Shown piece by piece: positions 62,842 through 64,000 of a DNA stretch of 64,000 bases. The notes under the pieces were generated by a model. That model made no database searches and had not been told where the DNA came from. It saw only the letters and a list, made by a program, of their open reading frames with translations. A program made the position numbers and the translations under genes. The stretch comes from an uncultured delta proteobacterium (GTDB lineage Bacteria; Desulfobacterota; Desulfarculia; JACQYL01; CAWGVV01). Numbering within the stretch: position 1 is the stretch's first letter; each line of letters starts with the position of its first letter. The DNA lies in NCBI GenBank assembly GCA_963821845.1, contig CAWGFI010000006.1:316628-380627 (forward strand). Reading direction: 5' to 3'.

Positions 62842-64000
62842 ATGTCGGATAAGCTCATCTTGCGCGAACTCAGCCGTTATCAACTCGGGACCTTCGCGGA
62901 TATCATCTATCGAAACGCCATCCTGTATCCGGATCATGAAGCTTTCGTGTGCGGCCCGGAGCGGATGACGTTCAGAGACTTCAACGAAAAAGTGAATACC
63001 CTCGTCCACGGCCTGCAGGCTTCGGGCGTGCAAAAAGGCGACGTGATCGGGGTGCTGGCCTGGAACTGCCTGGAGTATCCGGTGGTTTTCGGGGCGGCCA
63101 TGAAGGGCGGCTACATCATCGCTCATTTCAGCCCGCGCCTGCAGGCGGAAGAACTCGTGGCCATCATCAACGATTCCCAGGCCAAGGCCGTGTTTCTGGG
63201 GTCCGGGATGACCGATGTCGCCGAAAAGATCCACACGCGGCTTCCCGATACGGAGCTGATGGTGGTCTTCGGAGAGGCGCGCGGCCCGGTCAAGGCGTAT
63301 GATGGCCTGATCGCGGGCCAATCCAACGATGAGCCTAACGTCGAGGTAACCGAGGACGATCCGCTGGTCATTTTCTACACCAGCGGCACCACCGGCACGC
63401 CTCGCGGCGCCATCTACACCCATCGGCAAAAGCTGGAAAACGGGCTGATCAAAGCGCTGGATCTCGGCCTGGAATTCGGAGACCGCCACCTGGTGGTTCT
63501 GCCGCTCTTTCACGTGGGCGGCGACAGCCACATCTGGCCCTTTTTCATCACCGGCGGATGCAACGTCATGATGCCCCGGCCATCCTTCGATCCGGTAGAA
63601 ACCTTGAAGGCCATCACCGAGGAGAAGGTCACCGACGTGCAGATCGTTCCCACCCAACTGGTGGCGCTTTTGAACCTTCCCGGCATCGAAACGTACAAAT
63701 TTCCCAATCTCAAAAGAATCTGGTATGCGGCCTCTCCCATGCCCACCGAAGTCCTTCGCCAGGGGTTGACCATTTTTGGCCCGGTATTCATGCAGGGGTA
63801 CGGCCAGACCGAGTCCGGCCCGCACATGACGGTGCTCAAGAAGGTCGATCACATCGACGCGGGCGGCTTACCCGGCGGGCCGAAAATGTTGGCCTCCTGC
63901 GGACATCCTTCCCTGGGCGTGCATATGCGCGTGGTCGATGACGCGGGCCTGGACGTGCCCGAAGGCGAAATCGGCGAGATCATCATCAAGAGCCGAAGGA
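62842..64000 (+). CDS. Acyl/aryl-CoA synthetase (AMP-forming), truncated by the window end
   Basis: Manual translation MSDKLILRELSRYQLGT...; YTSGTTGTPRG, LPLFHVGG, YAASPMP, GYGQTESGP, GEIGEI. Confidence 0.9.
   Translation, partial: MSDKLILRELSRYQLGTFADIIYRNAILYPDHEAFVCGPERMTFRDFNEKVNTLVHGLQASGVQKGDVIGVLAWNCLEYPVVFGAAMKGGYIIAHFSPRLQAEELVAIINDSQAKAVFLGSGMTDVAEKIHTRLPDTELMVVFGEARGPVKAYDGLIAGQSNDEPNVEVTEDDPLVIFYTSGTTGTPRGAIYTHRQKLENGLIKALDLGLEFGDRHLVVLPLFHVGGDSHIWPFFITGGCNVMMPRPSFDPVETLKAITEEKVTDVQIVPTQLVALLNLPGIETYKFPNLKRIWYAASPMPTEVLRQGLTIFGPVFMQGYGQTESGPHMTVLKKVDHIDAGGLPGGPKMLASCGHPSLGVHMRVVDDAGLDVPEGEIGEIIIKSRR

Overview
A GC-rich bacterial chromosomal segment. Its gene content (four sigma54 enhancer-binding proteins, hybrid PAS kinases, a DHH-CBS A-adding-type nucleotidyltransferase after xerD, archaemetzincin, TauE, corrinoid proteins) points to an anaerobic Desulfobacterota/deltaproteobacterium; this is inference. 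In order: a CZB chemoreceptor and two-component block; xerD-cca-site-2 protease-scpAB-rluB; a second hybrid kinase; rhlB; hemerythrin plus a glk-tkt-tal-gnd-zwf pentose phosphate cluster; glgP-CBS-M42; nagZ; GGDEF; kinase-sigma54 regulator-archaemetzincin; EamA and ZIP; a ~6.7 kb heavily frameshifted kinase-regulator-Usp-cytidylate-kinase-like-TauE block; a sigma54-driven operon joining a Liv-type ABC importer, an aryl-alcohol-type dehydrogenase, a UroD-fold methyltransferase, a corrinoid protein and a C-GCAxxG-C-C protein; then MarR, a TRAP transporter and an acyl-CoA ligase. The best candidate for an undescribed system is that operon, a possible anaerobic uptake/oxidation/O-demethylation route for methoxylated aromatic alcohols. 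Its binding-protein gene has an in-frame UAG just after the signal peptide. Five isolated frameshifts lie in short base runs and look like long-read errors. I saw no rRNA, tRNA, CRISPR array or transposase, but several REP-like intergenic repeat families recur.
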